From Octopus sinensis (Eukaryota): 23,161 bases of DNA. This document shows positions 18,980 to 23,161 of this stretch, piece by piece. The DNA is taken from assembly GCF_006345805.1 (NCBI RefSeq), contig NW_021836668.1, forward strand, positions 1-23,161. Direction: 5' to 3'. The first letter of the stretch is position 1. Each line of letters begins with the position of its first letter. The translations under genes were made by a program, and so were the position numbers. The notes beneath the pieces were generated by a model. That model saw only the letters and a program-made list of their open reading frames with translations. It was not told where the DNA came from and ran no database searches.

Positions 18980-19107
18980 CCCCCCCCACTCTCCTTCCCA
19001 GACCCTCACCTCCTCACCGCCGCCACTACACTAATGTTAAACCCGTCATGCTTAACCAGCGTCATCACCACCATCACCACCACCATAACCCCTACAACCT
19101 CTACTAG
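18980..19107 (+). CDS. Candidate terminal exon (PPTLLPRPSPPHRRHYTNVKPVMLNQRHHHHHHHHNPYNLY*)
   Basis: Acceptor gtttcttcag|; phase 1; in-frame TAG at 19105-19107. Confidence 0.3.
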
Positions 19108-19610
19108 CACCATCATCTACACCACCACCACCACCACCACCACAACTGTGACCGCCACCTACCACTACCCCAACCCCTTGTACCCCTGATCCCTACTCCC
19201 ACCTCTGTCACCACCACCATCGTTCACCACCACCACCATCACCACCACCACCATCACCACCACCACCATCACCACCACCACCATCACCACCACCACCACC
19301 ACTGCGACCGCCACATACCCCGACCCCTTCGTACCCCTGATCCCTACTCCCACCCCTCCCCCTCCCCTCCCGACAACTTTACTTCCTCCATTCAATATTT
19401 GTCTTTCTTGTTATATCACTCCACCTCTGGACCCCCCCCCGCCACCGCTCAATTGACTCCCTGCTGCTTCCCTTTCTCTCCCCCTCCCCCCTCACCCCCA
19501 ACTAACCAGCTCACCGCATCGTCCCTATTGCCCCCTTCGTTCCCTATTGCGCCCCAATCAAAAGTTAAAAGTCTCCCTCTCTCCAACGATGCCACCAACA
19601 TATCTCTACA
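19108..19610. repeat. (CAC)n and C-rich low complexity with an internal ~55-bp duplication
   Basis: 19145-19203 is repeated at 19301-19353. Confidence 0.85.
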
Positions 19611-19631
19611 CACCTAATATAGGTCCTCAAT

Positions 19632-20138
19632 ACACACACACACACACACACACACATACACAGACACATAACACACACATACACTAACATATATATATAT
19701 ATGCACACATAACACACGCATACACACACTCTCTCTCTAACTCGCTCTCTTTTTCTCTCCTTCTTATACGAATACACAAACCCACATACATATATACACA
19801 TGCTCTCGCGCACACCCACACACACACATATATACACTCACACACAACAAGCACACACACACACATACAGACACACTCACACACCCGACACACACATAGA
19901 CCTACTCACACACACGACATACACATATACACTCACAACAAGCACACACACGCATACAAACACACTCACACATCCGACACACACATACACCACATAGACC
20001 TAATAACACACACACACACACTCAGATATACACTCACACACAACAAGCACACACGACACAAGCACACACACACACACGACACACATACACACACAAGCAC
20101 ACATCCACACACACACCCGACACACATACATACACACA
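19632..20138. repeat. (CA)n block with ~95-100-bp higher-order repeats
   Basis: atatacactcac..aacaagcacac at about 19830, 19925 and 20026. Confidence 0.9.
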
Positions 20139-20274
20139 AATAAAGTCCCCTTATTACAAGGGAGTAATTAATTCCTAATTAGGCTCGTCTCATAAAAGAA
20201 ATCAACCGTCGAGAATGAATGGGTGAATGACACGCTACAAACAACATCGCAATAATTGTTTGGAAATATCCTCA

Positions 20275-20307
20275 TTGTTATCATTATTATTATTTTTATT
20301 ATTATTA

Positions 20308-20348
<41 letters not shown>
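20275..20348. repeat. (TTA)n microsatellite
   Basis: Direct reading. Confidence 0.95.
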
Positions 20349-20549
20349 TTCATTTCGCCTTGATTTTCTATATAAATCCCACCGCCAACACACTTTGTAA
20401 CCTGTCTCCTTAATATCCTCTCTCATCCGTCGCTCTTGTGGTTATAATAAAGAAACGATTATTGGTTTTATCGTCATTATGGTTGTTGTTGTTATTGTTA
20501 TTGTTGCTGTGATAGTTGTTGTTGCTGTTGTTGTTGTTGTTATATGAGA

Positions 20550-20728
20550 ACAGTCAACTGACAGAATCGACAGAGCATCGCACAAAATTGCCTTGCTGTA
20601 TTTAGCAGCCTACCTTTGTGTGTTTTGAGTTCAAATCGTGCAAGTGATTAACTTTCTCTTTAATCTTCTCTGGGCGGAGCGACAAAATTAAGTACCAGTC
20701 ATCTACTGGAGTCGATATTTTCGACTAT
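20550..20728 (+). mobile_element. Old SINE family B variant
   Basis: gagttcaaat...aaattaagtaccagtc...ctggagtcgatattttcgact. Confidence 0.75.
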
Positions 20729-20752
20729 ATTCTATAATCTATTTAAAAGTAC

Positions 20753-20985
20753 ACGGCAAGCTGGCAGAAACGTTAGCACGTCGGGCGAAATGCTGAGCAG
20801 TATTTCGTCTGCCGCTACGTTCTGAGTTCAAATTCCGCCGAGGTCGATTTCGCCTTTCATCCTTTCGGAGTCGATAAATTAAGTACCAGTTACGCACTTG
20901 GGTCGATGTAATCGACTTAATCCCTTTGTCAGTCCTTGTTTGTCCCCTTTTTATTTAGCCCCTTGTGGGTAGTAAAGAAATAGGT
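20753..20985 (+). mobile_element. SINE family B, full length
   Basis: gctggcagaaacgttagc...gagttcaaattccgccgagg...taaagaaataggt. Confidence 0.95.
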
Positions 20986-21254
20986 TCATACTGCGATGTA
21001 TATTCCATAGGTTCATACTACAATGCAATGAGTCGGCGAACTAAAAGGGTCACAATCAGAGGTAATAATAGTGATAGTAATTTCTAGTTTATTTTCAGTT
21101 TTGTAGCACAACATAGCGTTATGGTGAGTGCAGAGGTGACGGTCGAATGGGGTCGGTACAGAAAGATACATTCTGATGACTCTCAAAAACTACTGGATCA
21201 TTCTGAAGCTGTGTTCTGTTGTGGATGCGGGAACAAAGAGAAATTCAACTGGTA

Positions 21255-21357
21255 GGGCAACGCAAGGCAAAGCAGGCACACAAAGCAACACAGGCAACAC
21301 AACACAAGGCAACGCAAGGAAACGTAAGCCAACACGGGGCAACGCGGGGCAACACGG
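21255..21357. repeat. Degenerate 10-bp minisatellite (GGCAACRCRR)
   Basis: ggcaacgcaa...ggcaacgcgg ggcaacacgg, about 10 units. Confidence 0.8.
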
Positions 21358-22122
21358 AGCTATGGGTAGTTATATGAATGGATGTAGATCAACGTATACA
21401 GGGGTTCCTACTCCGAGGAACTGGAAACGTAAAGACAGCAGCAGAATCAGTAATATCAATCGCAGCAAACCCAAGACACTACTAAACCAATATCAATGCC
21501 AGTTGTACCCTGATTGCAATCAAAAACATGCTCAAAATATTCGCCTTGTCTTCAGGAGTTGGGGCTGGTGGCCAGGAGCTGATAACCAAGGTTGACGACT
21601 TGGAGTCCCAACCCCTCATGTTGTGTCATTCAATCACCCCCTGAAAGTGAGGAGCAAATAAAGGCTGCAGTGTAGCAGACCATCACAGAAAGAAAGAACA
21701 TTAAGGAAAGATAATGGAAATTGTTGAGCAAAGCACGAAGAGGATTCCAACGTTGCGGAGCACCAAAAGGCCCACAATCGTGTTGGTCAGCAACGTTGTT
21801 CTGAGGTTTTCTCCTAGATACATAATACTTAATAACAGTAAATGTTTAAACCCAGTTTAAGGGAGAGACTATAAGGTTATGTTCAATGGCGCTCCAGTTG
21901 CGACTATCCTGCCTTTTCTCTTTATAAGTTACACCTAAGACAACATTTATCAAAATGTCTGAGCCATGGCTTTATTTTATTACGAACCTACTGTAGGTAT
22001 GCGCCAAAGGCTCGTTGTTCTGCTTCTCAGGGTAATCCTGGATCTGAGGGGGTTCTCTGATCGGCCCTAGCTGGAGTTCCTCCTATATCCAGAAGACCGC
22101 ATCATCCACGTGTTCACATACA

Positions 22123-22319
22123 TTGTGCGGGTAGCACGTAAAAAGCACCCACTACACTCACGGAGTGGTTGGCGTTAGAAAGGGCATCCAGCCGTAGAAA
22201 CACTGCCAGATTTGACTGGGCCTGATGAAGCCTTCTGGCTTCACAGACCCCAGTAGAACCGCCCAACCCATGCTAGCATGGAAAACGGACGCTAAACGAT
22301 GATGATGATGATGATGATG
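22123..22319 (+). mobile_element. 3' part of a retroposon (family E) ending in (GAT)n
   Basis: ggttggcgttagaaagggcatccagccgtagaaa...acccatgctagcatggaaaacggacgctaaa plus (GAT)n; recalled as a widespread SINE/LINE 3' module. Confidence 0.75.
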
Positions 22320-22552
22320 TATCCTATATATAATTTTATCCCATTTCACCGTCTCTTCTCTTTCTTTCCCTTCAATTTTTATGTAAAGCCCACCCCCACA
22401 GAAACTGTAGACTATCCTTGTACTGTTCCCCTCATTAGATGCCCCTGTGGCAAATAAATTTTCTGTTTTAATTGAAGCCTTCACAGGTACATCCTTCTTT
22501 TATTAAGGTAATTATTATTGGGCGAGGGGCTCCTTGTTGATGATGGTGGTAT

Positions 22553-22784
22553 GGCGAGCTGGCGGAATCGTTAGCACGCCGGGCGAAATGCTTAGCGGTA
22601 TTTCGGTTGCCGTTACGTTGTGAGTTCAAATTCCGCCGAGGTCAACTTTGCCTTTCATTCTTTCGGGGTCGATAAATTAAGTACCAGTTACGCACTGGGG
22701 TCGATGTAATCGACTTAATACCTATGTCTGTCCATGTTTGTCCTCTCTATGTTTAGCCCCTTGTGGGTAATAAAAAAATAGGTA
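22553..22784 (+). mobile_element. SINE family B, full length
   Basis: Matches 20753-20985. Confidence 0.95.
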
Positions 22785-22894
22785 TTGCTGCTGTTGTTGT
22801 TGTTGTCGTTGCCTAGCTGCAGCTCAATGCTGACTGGGCAGTTCCAGTCGTGACCATTCCATTGAGTCTCTTTCTCTCTACGTCTGATCCACAG

Positions 22895-22966
22895 TCAATC
22901 TCTTCCCACTGCTCCGCCGGTCAGCCACTCTTTGAAAACAAGTCCGTCGACTCGGTGCCCGTCTAA
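22895..22966 (+). CDS. Candidate terminal exon (phase 0 reading SISSHCSAGQPLFENKSVDSVPV*)
   Basis: Pyrimidine-rich acceptor tctctttctctctacgtctgatccacag|; TAA at 22964-22966; AATAAA at 22979-22984; phase not established. Confidence 0.3.
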   Translation, partial: SISSHCSAGQPLFENKSVDSVPV

Positions 22967-23005
22967 GAAATTAATTTGAATAAACACAAAACCGAACAAA
23001 AATCT

Positions 23006-23161
23006 CCACCAACACCACCACCACCCCCACCACCACCACCACCACCACCAACCACCACCACCACACCTCCACCACCACCACCCCACCACCTCCACCACCA
23101 CCACCACCACCACCACCACCACCACCACCACCACCACCACCTCCACCACCACCACCACCCC
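23006..23161. repeat. (CAC)n microsatellite running off the window end
   Basis: Direct reading. Confidence 0.95.

Noticed and set aside
17727-19009. Long hydrophobic, acidic or Arg/Glu ORFs
   Set aside because: Products of CT-rich and trinucleotide repeats, open in several frames on both strands
21172-21245. CTGATGA ... GAGAAA as a hammerhead
   Set aside because: Stem II register does not fit and no stem I or stem III can be formed
22222-22250. CTGATGA-AGCC-TTCT-GGCT as a hammerhead
   Set aside because: No GAAA follows; it is a simple hairpin inside the family E retroposon

Overview
Eukaryotic, repeat-saturated intronic/intergenic DNA, most likely from an octopus or other coleoid cephalopod. 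This is inferred from the recalled SINE repertoire and extreme microsatellite density. No confidently identifiable protein gene is present, and almost all ORFs in the track are microsatellite read-throughs. The window holds about 25 copies or fragments of several tRNA-derived and RTE-tailed SINE families, some nested in each other with clear target-site duplications. It also holds a TIR-complete, internally deleted Tc1 element, a decayed maT/DD37D-like mariner, a decayed Merlin/IS1595-type transposase, two copies of a TIR MITE (one carrying TTAGGG repeats) and hAT ends. The most interesting signal is three separate type I minimal hammerhead ribozyme motifs: 2171-2224 (+), 8056-8116 (+) and 14085-14142 (-). 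They have very short or palindromic stem III, the form known from Penelope-like elements and retrozymes. One lies in a 77-bp near-perfect inverted repeat between (TA)n tracts, and another lies inside a ~344-bp terminally redundant unit. A few splice-compatible candidate exons are reported at low confidence.
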